Positions 1 through 14,033 of a DNA stretch of 64,000 nt are shown here, one piece after another. Location: NCBI RefSeq assembly GCF_009914755.1, contig NC_060944.1; one strand, given 5' to 3'. A model generated the notes under the pieces. The model was not told the origin of the DNA. It ran no database searches and saw nothing but the letters and a program-made list of their open reading frames with translations. Each line of letters starts with the position of its first letter. Position 1 is the first letter of the stretch. The DNA is from the human T2T-CHM13v2.0 reference genome, Homo sapiens. Both the position numbers and the translations under genes were made by a program.

Positions 1-26
1 ACAGGCATGAGCCACTGCTCCCAGCC
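1..26 (-). mobile_element. Alu 5' end, cut by window edge
   Basis: acaggcatgagccactgctcccagcc is the reverse complement of the Alu start. Confidence 0.85.
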
Positions 27-1154
27 AATAAACCATTTATTTTGTCCTGTTTTGTTTTTCACCGTCTTGATTTGATAATTAGCATTTCCTAAGTGTTGTT
101 TAACATGTTCCTTCATTCACTGTGTTTTTTCATAAATTGGTAGTTAGATCTACAAGCTTAATAAAAATAAGACATCTTTTAGAAAAATTACTTCAAAATG
201 GTGGTGTCTACTTTAATTTGGAAGCACATATGTTCTGCTTTTGTTATGATGTCAGCAGGTATTGCAGATCAGTACCTAGATCAATCAATCTATCTCTCAG
301 TCATTTTTAGGGATTGCAAAATGGAAATAATTCTGATTCTTTTATTTCTTCTTCATTTGTTAGTAAGAATATGTTAGCAAGAATACATCTAAAGAGAGAA
401 AATGTGAATATTTTTAAGCCGGTGCTATTTTTGGTCTCAGTCACATGTGGCTGAAACCATGTTCTAACACAAGGATTGTTACAAGTATTAATTAAAATAA
501 CACAGGTAGCATGCCTAGTAAAGGAGGAACAAAACTCATCTGACACAATGGTTTCCTTTAGTGCCTATCAGCTGACAATTCCCAAATCTTAATCATCAAC
601 CTAAACCTTTCCAGACCCATGTATCCAATTCCTTAGTAAAATCTCTACCTCAGAAACAAAGTGTCCATATCTGAACTTTCTCCATTCTTCTTCCTTTAAT
701 TGTATCTAAGGGGAACAATCACCATCAATTTAGTTGCCTAACATAGCAACTTAAAACCATCTTATAGGCTTTCAACTCTTTTGCCTTCCACGTCCATTTG
801 GTTTCCATGTCTCATTATTCTGTTTCCTAAAAGGACCATGAATCTGTCCTCTCTACCCCCTCTAAGTCTTCACTTTCTTAATCACTGCTTTAGTTCAGAC
901 CTGTGGCATTGCCCTTTTTGACTCCTGCAATAAACACTTCCAGTCTCACCTTTATCATGTGAAAGCACTTCTTGTCTTTGTTGGCATGACTGTTTCCCCA
1001 TTAGACTAGAAGACATTTGAGGATAGTACATTTGTTTTTCTTTATATACCTAGTGCTTAGCAGAGTCACTGGTAAATAGCAGTTACTGAATAATTAATAA
1101 GAATCTGAAACACCTACGAGCAGGTAACAGGGCTCTATGTGTGTTCATGTAATT

Positions 1155-1381
1155 CAGGGGTGTCCAATCTTTTCGCTTCCCTAGGCCACATTAGAAGAAG
1201 AATTGTCTTAGGCCACACTTAAAATACACTAACACTAATAATAGCCAATGAGCTTAAAAAAAAAAAAAAGTCACCAAAAAATCTCATAATGTTTTAAGGA
1301 AGTTTACAAATTCTTGTTGGGCTTCATTCAAAGCTGTCCTAGGCCACATGCAACTCATGGACCGTGGGTTGGACAAGTTTG
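1155..1381 (+). mobile_element. MER30 (hAT-Charlie), inserted in a MIR
   Basis: Starts caggggtgtccaatctttt and ends ggttggacaagtttg; internal A-run; degenerate 8-bp TSD atgtaatt/acttaatt. Confidence 0.85.
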
Positions 1382-1905
1382 ACTTAATTCATCTTCAATA
1401 TAGCCCTATGTGGTAAGTACTATTACCCTCTCTTTACAGAGGAGGAAATTGAGGCATTAAGTGGTTACATAATTAACAAATTTATTCAACTAGGAAGGGA
1501 CAAATTAAGAATAGATCCCAGATATTCACTAATTGATGAAAGAAATAAGAAAGGGTGAATGAATTGATAAACAGAGATTATTCTCTATTTTATGAATATC
1601 TAGTAAGCCTCTCATCTGGGCTCATTTGCAAAACATACTCTACCACAATGCCAGAGAGATATCTAGAAAAATCCATTGGACCCCAAAACATGTGCTCTAT
1701 CTTTTTACTAATGCCAGAGATTTCACCATCAGAATCCATTGCCCTCTCTTGAAGTTTTGCTCTCCTAAGTTACCAATGCACTTTGGAAGACAAATAATTT
1801 TGGTTACTCACTGTCATGTATTCTTTAGTGTGGATGAATGAGGTTAGGATGGGTGGAGTTGGGATGGGAAGGATCATGAGAGCTGTGGTCTTCTAAGTTG
1901 GGTGG

Positions 1906-2250
1906 TGATATGTCATGTTGAATTGTAACTCCCACAATTCCCACGTGTCATGGGAGGAACGTGGTGGGAGGTGATTGAATTATGGGGATGGGTCTTTCCT
2001 GCACTGTTCTTGTGATAGTGAATGAGTCTCACGAGATCTGATGGTTTTAAAAATGGGAGTTTCTCTGCACAAGCTCTCTCTTTGCCTGCTGTCATCCATG
2101 TAAAACGTTACTTGCCCTTCCTTGCCTTCCACCATGATTGTGAGGCCTCCCTCAGCCACGTGGAACTGTAAGTCCACTAAACCTCTTTCTTTTGTAAATT
2201 GCTCAATCTCAGGTATGTCTTTATCAGCAGCATGAAAACAGACTAATATA
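1906..2250 (+). mobile_element. THE1-family solo LTR (ERVL-MaLR)
   Basis: tgatatg...gagtctcacgagatctgatgg...catgaaaacagactaatata; small deletion near the 5' end relative to the copy at 55009. Confidence 0.9.
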
Positions 2251-4340
2251 GTTAGAGAAGAAGAAACACTAGCAACAACAGAATCTAACTTCCCCTATGT
2301 CTGGATTCTTCATTAGTTTTTATTGCTGAATGTTTATGGGCTTTTATGTTTGTTTTTATTTTTTTTAATAGAAAGGCTTGGGTCGCCAGAACTGGAAATT
2401 AAAAGTGGTAACATGGAAATCTACTGCATCATTAAACTCACTATAAAGATGGAGGAAATCTCACAGCACCAGAATTTATGAGATCAGGCAGGGCCTGGCT
2501 ACCCACCAGCAACTTTTCATCCACATGCCTGGGTGATAAATTACACTATCATTTTCAGGGACCATTTGCTATAGAAGAGCAAATTAACCCAGTAATTTTA
2601 GAATTATATCTGAGGCTTCATGAAGATGCATCCAGTCTGGTTATGTTTTGGTCCTAAGGCCCTGGCTTCCGGATTCTTCTCTGATCATACTAACTTCAGT
2701 TGCTGTTTGATTTAGGAGTACCATTATTTTTATAGGCTTGAAGCCTGTTATAGTGGAAAGCTAGCAAAGGTGAAGGTTTTAATTACCTCTCAATTTTCTC
2801 ATGACTTTGAGTTCTACCTGTCACTACTGAGTTTCCTTAAACTAAGTTGACTCTGAAACCTGTATGTAATTTAAGAGTTTGAGATATTTGATTTTATTAG
2901 CTAAGTTGCATTTATGTTCACTTGAATGAGAAATTACTTCTTCTTTTATGATTGAATGCTTTATGCTATTAATTGATGACTATTGATAATGTAGTATTTG
3001 AATCAATACTATATGATTTTTAAAATTAATGTATTTTTACATATGAAAATGCCAAAATATTCCCTGACTCCTCAGCTTAGTTGGACATTGTTCTCTTGTG
3101 TTTAGAAAAGGAAAGCAAATTTCCTCTGCTGTTCTTTTTCTTTATCCTTCCAAAGTCACTCACTCACTCATCCACCCATTCCTTCATTGGCTAAATACTC
3201 ACTAGGCATCAAATATGTCCCAGACATTTTATTAGGGGATAGGGATAAACTGGTGGGCAAGGGTGGCCCTGTCCCAACTTCACATTTGAGTGGGTTTTAC
3301 AGAAAAGGCAACAGACAGTTGCAGAACAAGCCTATGCAGGTAAGTACAGAGTGATCTGGACAATTCAATGATGCCATGTAATCCAGCCTAAGCTCAGGGG
3401 GTGCTACCAGCTCTCTTTCTCTCCTTTCCCCTTCTACTCTCCTCTCCTGTCTTCTGCTCTCCTCTCCCCTACCCCACATGGCTTTCTTCCCTCTCTGTGT
3501 GTCAGCATCATTTATCCTTGGTGAGACATGCTTCTTCACTATGGTTATGCACTTACCCCTATGCATATTCTCCCAGCATGGAAACCCTGGCAGAAAACTC
3601 CTTTTTCCTCTGTGTATATATGAATTCCAGGAAAGATTCTAATGGGACTTTCTTAAATGAATCCCTGTGACCAGTGCAATAGGACACTATTTTTGGCCTG
3701 GCCTGAGCTATATTATTTTCTGTGTGAGGTTAGGTAAGGTAACATGATTGTCCATTCCAACAAACCACCTAGAATGAGGACCATCCATCACAAATCTCAT
3801 CAGCATCCTTTACTCCCCTTCTGAGCACTTATCATAATTTGTAAAAATATTATTAAATTTTTGTTATCTGTTAAATGTGAGTTTCTCTAGACACTAATGT
3901 CCATAAGAATAGGGACTGTGGAAAATACTGTGATACTGATCCACCCAGAAGATAATATCCTTATTCTGCTTGCATCCAATTTGTATACCTCTGTATCCCT
4001 ACTGCCTGGCACATAGTAGGCCTTAAAACATATTTGTTGAGTGAATGACTAATGGGTACTATTGACTCACTATACTCCCTTGAAATGGTCCTCTTTATCT
4101 TTAAATTTCCTCTTTTAATTCCACTGGAAACTTCATATCTTTTTGAACACAGGTAGTTAGAGTTCAGTAGCAAAGAGAATGGGATTTCATCATGAATTCA
4201 GGCAGATAAGAGTTTAAATCCAAGTTCTGTCACTTCCTACCTGAAAGTCAGCTTACTTCACCGTCCTATGAAGATGTCTGCTTTGTATTGCTAATTTGAT
4301 AATTAACTGAGATAGTATGCAGCGTGCTTATGATTGTGCC

Positions 4341-4851
4341 TATAGTGGTTTTACAACATGCCTGCAAATTCTTTGTCGTTCTATCACTTGATAGAGTGTA
4401 ATTCTCCTCCCTGAGGATGCGCTGGCCTCAGTGACTCTGTTCTCATTAACAGAATGTGGCAGAAGTGACACTGCATGACTTTCAAGTCTCTCTCAGGGCA
4501 TATGCTTTTGGAGTTCTGGGCTACCATATAAGAAACCTGGCTACCTGAAGCTGCCATTCTAGAGAGATCACGTAGATATAGAGCCCCCGCTGCTCCAGCC
4601 CACAGCTGCTTGTGTCTTCCTAGCCCAGGCACCAGGCATGAAAGTGAAGAAGTTTCCAAGATGACCCAACTCTGTCCTGTGCCTGATTACACAGCCACCA
4701 TCAAGCTGCAAGTGCAGGAGAAGCTGCAACCAAGAGCCTGCCAATAGAGCCCATTTGACTTTCAGAACCATGAGAGGTAATGATAATAAACGGTTGTTGT
4801 TTTGTGACACTAAGGTCAAATTGGTTTGATATAGAGCTATTTGTAAATAAT
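4341..4851 (+). mobile_element. MLT1F/G-like LTR (ERVL-MaLR)
   Basis: ggcctcagtgactc...agaatgtggcagaagtgac core, with an aataaa and LTR-like 3' end. Confidence 0.7.
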
Positions 4852-6579
4852 CATATTAATGAGTTACATGGTAGATGGTCAGTAAATGGTAATTTTAAAG
4901 CATAAACTTTAAACCACAAACTACCATCTCAGAGTACAGGATATATCACATATCAAACAAGCAAATGAAGTAAATGATGTTAGGACTAGCTGTCACTTGT
5001 AATAATCTCAACTGCTGTAAATAAACTAGAACTGACTTAGTACGCTGCATATTTGATTTAAAAAATAATGTGTGAGACAATGTAGCCCAGTGGTTAAAGT
5101 CATCAGTTTTGGAGACAGACCACTTAGTTTCAAAACTTAGTTGGTTATTTCCCAAGCGCAAGATATCCGACAAGTTTCTTGTCCTCTGTAATATTGTTTT
5201 TACATAAAACAAAGATTTTATAATAAGCATAAATGGAATAATTCATGTAAACTTAGCCCACTGGTTAGAAAACAGTGCCTGATAAATGATAGTGATTATT
5301 ATATCGGGAATCTGCACCCAAGCAAATGAAAGCTACTGGGCCAAATGGTGATGGACTTCCAAACCGTGAGATACAGGCAGTAAGGAGCCATTGGATTAAT
5401 TCAGAAAGCCTGACACAGAGACAACAGTCCACACATAAAATGCATGCTTGACAGAATAGCCTGCAGATGCCATCTGAAGATGCCTAAATTATCCTATGGT
5501 AATAATTAACATTCTGTAGCATGTATTCATTATGCTTTTTATTAGATAATATTGTTGTTGCCCAGGCTGGAAATCTCATTGTGCCACATTCTTCTGGTAG
5601 TAAATTCTCTCCCTACACTTCATAAACTCTTTGAGAATTACATTAAAATTTTTATTTTCCTGGAACAAAATGTATGCCCATGGTAAAATTCTTTCACTTG
5701 AATTAGTGAAATCAGAGCAGTAGCACATTAATTTTTTAGGATTCTGTACTGCAAGCACAGATTATTAAGCCTTATCTACTCAAGTCAGGTTAAAATTTTA
5801 AGTAGCATTCTGTTATGTGTTGTTCATAAGTTTTCTTATCCATTTATGGTGGAAGAGAGGAGTATAGACATATTAATGCTGCAACTGCTGGATGTTCATT
5901 CAAGGTTTTGCCCCTGGGACTATACACAGATAATTGGTAAGGTTAGAGCTTCATATCTCTAAGTGGAATCAATTTTTAAGTGATTTCTAAAAAAAAAATC
6001 AATGTTCAAGGTTTGCCTTTTCTTTCTTTTTGGCTGAAGATCTGTTCTGCTGGTACAGACAAAAATAATACTACTATTGAAAACTGACAAAACAGATGAA
6101 CAAAGGAGGTTATTTAACAAAGGGAAGCCCCAGAAACTTCCCTCCTGTTCTCTCCAAGTCTTTCTGTGGCTTAAAGAAATAACCCTCCATCCCGGTTTTG
6201 CTGTCTTTTTCTTTTTCCTTGGTATCAAATGAGAACAATGGTTTCTTCAAAGTGAGTAAACACTGATGCACTGGGGGTGAAAGCTTTAGAAAGGTGGATG
6301 TTTCTGCAATTATTTTGTGGACAATATGCATAGATACATGCCTGTTCCTTACTTCAGGAACAATATTTTGTCTGTGAAAGGTTATAGGAGAGTGGTCGTT
6401 TTATATTCATGTGTTTCAGGAGACAGTTTTTTGATTGCTTGTCAATGGGTAATATGTAAACGATGAATAAAATAAAAGCTTAAAATCAAAGCTATAGAGG
6501 TGTCTAAGTTTTTCAGGATAGGTATACATAGGGAAATTTTAAAGATGAATTTTTTTAATCATGGGGGTTTATTTTGTCC

Positions 6580-6683
6580 TTTTTTAAAAATTTATTTTTT
6601 ATTTCCATATGTTTTTGGGGAACAGGTGGTGTTTGGTTATGAATAAGTTCTTTAGTGGTGATTTCTGAGATTTTGGCACACCA
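6580..6683 (-). mobile_element. L1 3' terminal fragment
   Basis: tttttggggaacaggtggtgtttggtt...gatttctgagattttgg is the reverse complement of an L1 3' UTR end. Confidence 0.75.
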
Positions 6684-6756
6684 AAAAGAAGGATATTTGT
6701 GGCAATTGAACCATCTCAGTCTTCCTCGTATAAATATTAAGCCAAAGAGCGTGCAG

Positions 6757-6897
6757 AGGAATGTCTTACCCATAAGGAATGGGTAAGGAATGTCTTACCC
6801 ATAAGGAATGGGTAAGGAATGTCTTACCCATAAGGAATGGGTAAGGAATGTCTTACCCATAAGGAATGGGTAAGGAATGTCTTACCCATAAGGAATG
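6757..6897. repeat. 29-bp minisatellite, about 4.9 perfect units, each with an internal hairpin
   Basis: Unit aggaatgtcttacccataaggaatgggta starts at 6757, 6786, 6815, 6844 and (partial) 6873. Confidence 0.97.
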
Positions 6898-8344
6898 TCC
6901 TCCCTGAGAATGGGCTGGCCTCAGTGACTCTGTTCTCATGAATAGAATGTGGCAGAAGTGACACTGCATTGACATATGCATTGAGTAGAAACCACCTGTG
7001 TGCAAAATACTCTTGTTACTTTATCAGTCTAATAATAACAGGCCTCACTCTCACAATTCTGAACTCAGAGGATACATGTATTTGGTTTGAGGATTTGGCA
7101 CATGGAATGCCTTCTTTCATCATAGCCCGCAGTACTCTGGCACTGGAAAATGAAAGTGGAACTCATGTCAAGTTTGAATCTCAAATTATGTCAAAGCATG
7201 AGATTATTTTCAGTGCAAAGAGGATTGCAAGGGAGGGCTTACATTTTATGATTGTGGAAAATTAAGAAAAAATACCTTTGGAAGAGAGAAAGTGGAAATA
7301 TTATCATATCTTTATTTGACTTCAGCGTTTGTATTTTTCATCCCAATTGATAGATAAAAATGGGCAAGAAAATAAATGTATATATTTAGAGAACTGGTTT
7401 GTCAAAATATAGCCAAATATCATATTAGTCACTGGGTTATTTTACAAATATTAATAAAATAATAATATTAAAATAACAAACTTAGGCAAACTTACTATCT
7501 CCCAGGCACTGTTCAAATTGCTGCATACACATGAATTAATTAAATCTTCTACTAATGAGAAAACAAGTAATGGAGAGTTTAAGCAAATTTTCCAATGTCT
7601 CTCAGAGCTGTGGTTTGAACCCCAGCATTCTGGCTCCAGAGTCTGTTAACCACTACATGTGTATGGCCGAAGTTTTAATTGTAAATCTATGGAAAAGATG
7701 AGTCAAATGTTATGAACTGCCACATTCAGTGGCATTATGGACTTTTTTGGATTATGGATCTTTTTTGATGGTTGGACATACTAACCAGAGCATAAAAAGT
7801 TCTGAAAATACAGGCATTCACTCATTTGACAATTAAATCCTTCTTCAACAACTGTACTCAGCCCTAAGGACATCACAGCAAACAAGCCTTCCTTCCAATT
7901 CTTAAAGGGATTCAGTCTCCCAAGGAGACAGGAAAGCTGGGAATTTAAATACAGAGTTATAAGTGTTAAGATGGGGAGGCATCACGGGCATACAAAAAAG
8001 AAGCTACTGATTCAGACTTTTTGGTGGAAGGAAATCACAGAAGCCTTCTTGAAGGTGGTGACTTCCAATCAGAGATCCCGGTAAAATAAGACTTTAACCT
8101 GTTGAGGCAAAACTAAGGGGTTGCAGGTTTTGGAGAAGTGAAAGAGTCCAGATAAAGAAAGCAGCATATGAATGAGGCACTTCTCTTCCAATTAAGAAAT
8201 TTTAAAACCACCTTGAGTATATGTGCCTATTATTATAATAGTTTATAATTAATAATAATTAATACTTTAAATTGGATTTAATAAAATTAGCAGCTATTAT
8301 TTTCTCATTTTGGAGGAATATGGGAATGGTAGATTATAAAATGA

Positions 8345-8673
<329 letters not shown>

Positions 8674-10544
8674 TCCTCCTTATTTTTAGAACATAGCACT
8701 TTTAGATGTGTAATTCATCTAGGAATATGTATATGTGTGTGTGTTATACCCATGAGAGAGGTATTCAAAATCTTTGGGAATTTTGACACTGCATCAACCC
8801 ATAAGGCCAAAACCCAGGTACTATATAAAAATGTATACATATTTTCCCCTACAAAGCTATTCTGCCCCAACATCGCTCATATAAATATTATTTTTTACAT
8901 CATTATGAAACGAACATCCATCATGTCTCTATGTATCCTCATATAAAAAGTACGGTTTGCTTATCTCTGAAAGGTTATATAACCACTAAAAAAAAAAAAA
9001 AAAATCCAGTAATGTATTTTTCATTTGTTTCAGTTGCATAAGTAGGTGTCCTATTTTGCAATAAATGAAAGACCACCATTGATAGTAAAACTGCAGAGAA
9101 CATTTTGTCAATGTTTCAGGAATGCTTTTTGAAGCAACCCATGTCTTTCTTTTCTGTTTCAAGAAGATCCGTATCAAAGAGAACTAAAATACATTGAAAC
9201 CGTGCTAGTCATTAGAGCTGGCATCTCTCTGTATTAGGTTAGTGGTATCAAGGTACTTACACACCCCAAGAGCTGTATTTAGTTAAGTGCAAAAGTACAG
9301 GCTCTTCCATTCAGGCAGGGTAAGTGTTCCTTTATCCTGGAAGCAGTCTACCCTGAATTAACATGTGTCTTAACATAATGTTATTTCTTTTGATGCTGGG
9401 GTTTAAAGGAGACACATGAACTTCCTGAAGCCACCAAGACATCATCCAGTTTTGTTTTTTTTTTTAACTCTTTGATAATTTAAACAAAACACCAAGCAGT
9501 GCTGCTTCTGAATAATGCTCACGGAACAATGTATTTTAATGTACCCTCTGTATTTCTCCACTCTAAAGGACATTTTAGACCTTTTGTTTTAGCATTATCA
9601 CCCAGCTACAGATCTGGCAGAGCAACATGGTGTGCAATTTTGTGTCAGTCTACATAATTCATCAAAAATAAACAAGAAAAATTTAAGAAAGCAAAAGAAA
9701 ATTATAACTAGTAATGAGTCAGTATATAACATAGGCTGAATTACATTATGGTTTGTACAAATATTAAAGTCGTGGTTTTGTATTTTTTTTAATTTTTGTA
9801 TCTACTCAAAAATCAATTGCAAACTAGAAGCTGACTATGGCTTATATAACTGGCTAAAAGCACAAAGATATGAAGGGAAAATGGGAAACCAAAATTGACA
9901 TTATGGAAATATTGTTAGAACAATATAGAAAGAAAGTGTTTTGAAGAGAGATACAGTTATGTTATATAACAAGGAAAGGTGCCCTGAAATGTTAACATGA
10001 CTGTTTCCATTTTCTGTGAAGATTTCTATCTCCAAGTCTCAAGTACATCATAACGGGTACAACTAGATCCTATTACAGAAGAGCCTTGTGTCAGTGACTT
10101 CAGGGTTATCTACATGACATTGTTCCTGGTTTAACTGAATATAATAGTGCTGCATTTATTCAGCATCACTGGATAATCTTTAAATAATGAAATCCTCTTC
10201 CTGTAAGCTACAAAACTTTTTTTTTCTTTTTTAATCAGGTTACTCTACCACTTAAAGATTAAGACTCCACAGTACTTGGGAGTACAAAAGCCAAACTCCT
10301 TGAATAGCCTGCAATGACTTCCTCACAGCGTTTCTAGCATTTTCTCTGTCTTACTTCAAAAATAAATACCCCAGCCATGCAATTGTTCCACGACCCTCTG
10401 CCTACTAAAATCTGCCCTAGCTCACCCCCTTAACCAAACCAAAATGATCCTAAGACTTCCCAGCCTGTTCAGTTCCTCTCTTTATTTGTTTTCCCCATCT
10501 CTTCCCTTGTCATCAGTTTCACTCTTCGCTTCCTCCAGGACAAT

Positions 10545-10725
10545 GGAAACAAAATTTGAGCATGCATCAGAATCACCTGAGAGGCTTGTTGAACCACAGG
10601 TGGCTGGATCACACCCCCACATTTCTATTTCACTAGGTCAGGGGTAGACCCAATCTTTGCATTTCTAGCAAGTCCTCAGCGCATGCTGATGCCCCTGGTC
10701 CCAAGATTATATTTTGAGAACTCCA
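10545..10725. mobile_element. MER5A-like (hAT)
   Basis: gcatcagaatcacctg...ttgcatttctagcaag...tttgagaac motifs. Confidence 0.65.
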
Positions 10726-11101
10726 GGAGATCACTTTTCTCCTTTTAATTGCTCTTTCAAATTTCCAGAAGGCTTTCAAACCAGATAACTAATCTTATTA
10801 GACTGAACACACAGCTAAAAATAAATGTCAACTAAGAGAGAGTCTAAGGAGATTTCCTCTAAGACAAGTGAGTTTTGGTTTGTGGTCTTTGTGACATCTA
10901 TTTTGGTTTCTCAGAGATCTTTTGCATAACACCCTCAGTGCTAGCCTGTGTCCTGGGTGGTTCAAGCTACAGAATCATTGATCTCTAGATGACTGAGTTG
11001 TTATTCTACCATGAGCTATAGTTGTTGTGAATTCTATCACTTTCAAATTTTTGCACAGTTATTATAACCAAGCAGAACTCACCAATAGAACGTCTTTGAG
11101 C

Positions 11102-11568
11102 TAGTGTTCTCAAACTTTCACATGCATAAGAATCTCCTAGGAGATCTTGTTGCAAATTCTAATTCAGCCAGTCTGGGTTGGGGTCCACAGGATTCTGCAA
11201 TTTTTTTTTTTTTTTTTTTTTTTGAGACAGAGTCTCATTCTGTCACCCAGGCTGGAGTGCAGTGGCGCGATCTTGGTTCACCACAACCTTAGCCTCCCAG
11301 GTTCAAACAATTCTCCCTGCCTCAGCCTCCTGATTAGCTGGGATTACAGGCACGCACCATCACTCCTAGCTAATTTTTATATTTTTAGTAGAGACGGGGT
11401 TTCACTATGTTGGCCAGGCATGCCTCAATCTTCTGACCGCAAGTGATCCACTCAACTCGGCCTCCCGAAGTGCTGGGATTACAGGCATAAGCCATGCAGC
11501 CAAGATTCTGCATTTCTAATGAGCTCCCAGGTGATGCTGATGCTACTGGTCCATGAACCATACTTGGA
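11102..11568. mobile_element. MER5A-like element split by an Alu
   Basis: tagtgttctcaaacttt before the Alu; ctgcatttctaatgagctcccaggtgatgctgatgc after it. Confidence 0.7.
11201..11501 (-). mobile_element. Alu (S-like)
   Basis: Full dimer with poly-T; TSD gattctgca. Confidence 0.95.
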
Positions 11569-12011
11569 GGGAAAAAAGGTATTAGGTTGTCTTTGGAGAA
11601 CTCCACCCAAATAATTTTTGACTTAGTTAAAAAATAGAGCGTCATGAAGAAACTCAGTAGACACTCAAAACAATTGACACTTCTGCAGGTTAAAATCATC
11701 TTTTATCAAATCCTTGTAATTGCCATGTCTGTTACTCACTCATGTTGTAGTCATAGTTAGGTAGTATTTATCCACAAATTCAGCCTTGCAGCAATCTGTC
11801 ATATTCAGGTGAGTGCCAAACACCAGCAAGCATCTCTTTGAGGGACAACAGACAGTTGTCAATGGTCTTCTACAGGCTCACTACATGTTGTGTTTGTATA
11901 CCTCAAGGGAATCTGTTTGATAGCACCAAAAATAGCAGGGCTTTTTTTTTTTTTTTTCTCCCAAGATAAGACAGTATACTATGTACTCCTCACTCTGGGA
12001 TCAGGAGACCA

Positions 12012-12460
12012 TTGTCTTGGGTTTTCTAGAAGCAGAGCCTGAACCAAGGATGTGTGTGCACATAATTTATTAAGGAGGTACGTTCAGAAGACCTATGGGA
12101 GAGAGAAGGAAGTAGAATACAGAATTGGAAGGAACCAAGCAAGGGTGAGGCCTCAAGAATGGTAGCCTCAACCTGATCGGTGTGGGGGTGCTCTGGAGCA
12201 CAAATTGCATAGCAAAGTTGTCTGGTACTGGGTCAAAGAGACCAGGCTTTTGTGCCCTCTTACTTAATAGTCACAGCCACTTGGTCATGGGAGAGTTAAC
12301 CTGCCAGGCATCTCCAGACCAGGTGACTCCCATCAGTCAAGGGCAATTCTCCAGGGAAGGGTGCAACTGTGAGCCATTAGCTGCAGCTCTCGTGGCAGCT
12401 GAAGGATGAGGGTGCAGGACAGTAAACAGGATACGAGTGGAGAACCAACAGTGCCAATTG
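12012..12460. mobile_element. Old MLT1 (J/K-like) LTR
   Basis: tgtcttgggttttctagaagcagagcctga start and aagggcaattctccagggaagg...gagccattagc motif. Confidence 0.55.
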
Positions 12461-14033
12461 GGAGTGAAAATGGATACACCAGTGGACACAGATTGCTTAA
12501 AATGAGGGCTCCTCTTCATGGGCAGATAAACAAACCCTTTCCATAGGAAGCCTTTAGGGGGGATATGGGAATTACGGGCTAGCATGGATACAGAGAGGCC
12601 ACGTGAGAGAAGCAAACAGCTAGCCTGAGTCGTTGCTCATGACAGAAGAAACATGGGCACATTTAGGACCCAGAAGCAAATCTCTGGGTTTTAAATTAGG
12701 TCCTAGTCAGGAACTCAGCAGGGAGGAATAGGGAGATGTCTTGGGTAACTTGTGGACTAACAATGCAGTCTCTGTTCTGCAAATCCTTCCCCAGGAGAAA
12801 GCTTGGCAGGCCTGTATGCATTCTATGGGGCTTTCCTTTCCAGTTACCTTTCCACAGGCTTCACTTTCTCCAAGTTTGTGCTCTCCCAAGAAATCAAAGA
12901 GGCCTTCTGTCCTATCAGATGACAAACATCTCACTTTCTTGGCACCTCTCCAAGAATAAGCAAATGCCAGACTTCTAGATTTTCGTAAATGAAAGATTCC
13001 AAAACCTAGAAAATCCTTTCCAGGGCTGATGGGAATATATGTATATATAAAAAGCTGTCAGTTATTTCTTGACCCCAATGTCTGTGCATTTCAAAGTTAA
13101 TTGCATTTATTTTCTATGTCATATCTTTCTGGTTTTAAACAAAGTTATGTAAAACAAAGACAAATTTAGTTTTAAATGTTCTAATAAGGCAATATTTTGT
13201 CCCCAGGATAAACATTCTAAACATTTCTTTGTGCTAAAATTGAATAATGCTTTCTAGTTGTGGAAGGTAAGTACCTTTGGGAACAAACACAATATCGTCT
13301 ATTCACCACCTTAAAATTAATTTTAAAAAAAAAACTGTATTAGCAAGGAGTGAAAGACTTTGTCTAGACAGCTTCCTTTAGGCAGAATGAACAGCGGCCA
13401 GTGCAGCTGGATGTTCTGCCCTTTGGGATATGGGCAGTCATAGACAGCTGAGGGTTCAGGAAGGAAAGGAGGTAGCTAGGGAGATTCTCCACATCTTGAC
13501 AGAGCAGTAGAGCAAGCTTCAGAACATCATGCTTCTCTGGGGTCCCATTAAGATCCCATTAAGGATCCATTAGGGTGGGCAGCCAGTACAGGCTGCTACA
13601 ATGGCAGACTCCTGTATCAGTGCAGCTGGAAGCTCCAGAGAGCATGTTCATTCTGCATTCCAGATTTGGACATAATAAATGCCAAATGAAACTCTTGGTC
13701 TGCTCCCTGAACCTGCTCCATCCACAGTCCTGTCCACCCTAGTGAATAGCAACTCCATTCTTCTAGTTGCCCTGGCCAAAGTAACTGTGGTCATCTTTGC
13801 CTGATCTCTTTACCTCACAGTCCATGGCCAATCTGTTAGCTAATGTGGTTGGCATTCCCTTTAAAACCAGAACTTCATCATTCTCACCACCTTCACTGTT
13901 CTCATGGTCCCAGTCAGCACGATCTCTTGCCTGCACTGTTAGAATATCTCTCTGCATGGCCCTATGATATCCATCCTTGGCCCACAACATTCTTAAGGGG
14001 GCAGCAAGAGTGATCCCTCGAAAACACAAATCA

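Noticed and set aside
6757-6897. Palindromic 29-bp repeats resembling a CRISPR array
   Set aside because: Units are head-to-tail with no unique spacers, there are no cas genes, and the context is primate DNA.
9310-13275. Isolated GTAAGT donor-like hexamers (near 9320 and 13267)
   Set aside because: No convincing paired acceptor or reading frame; expected by chance.
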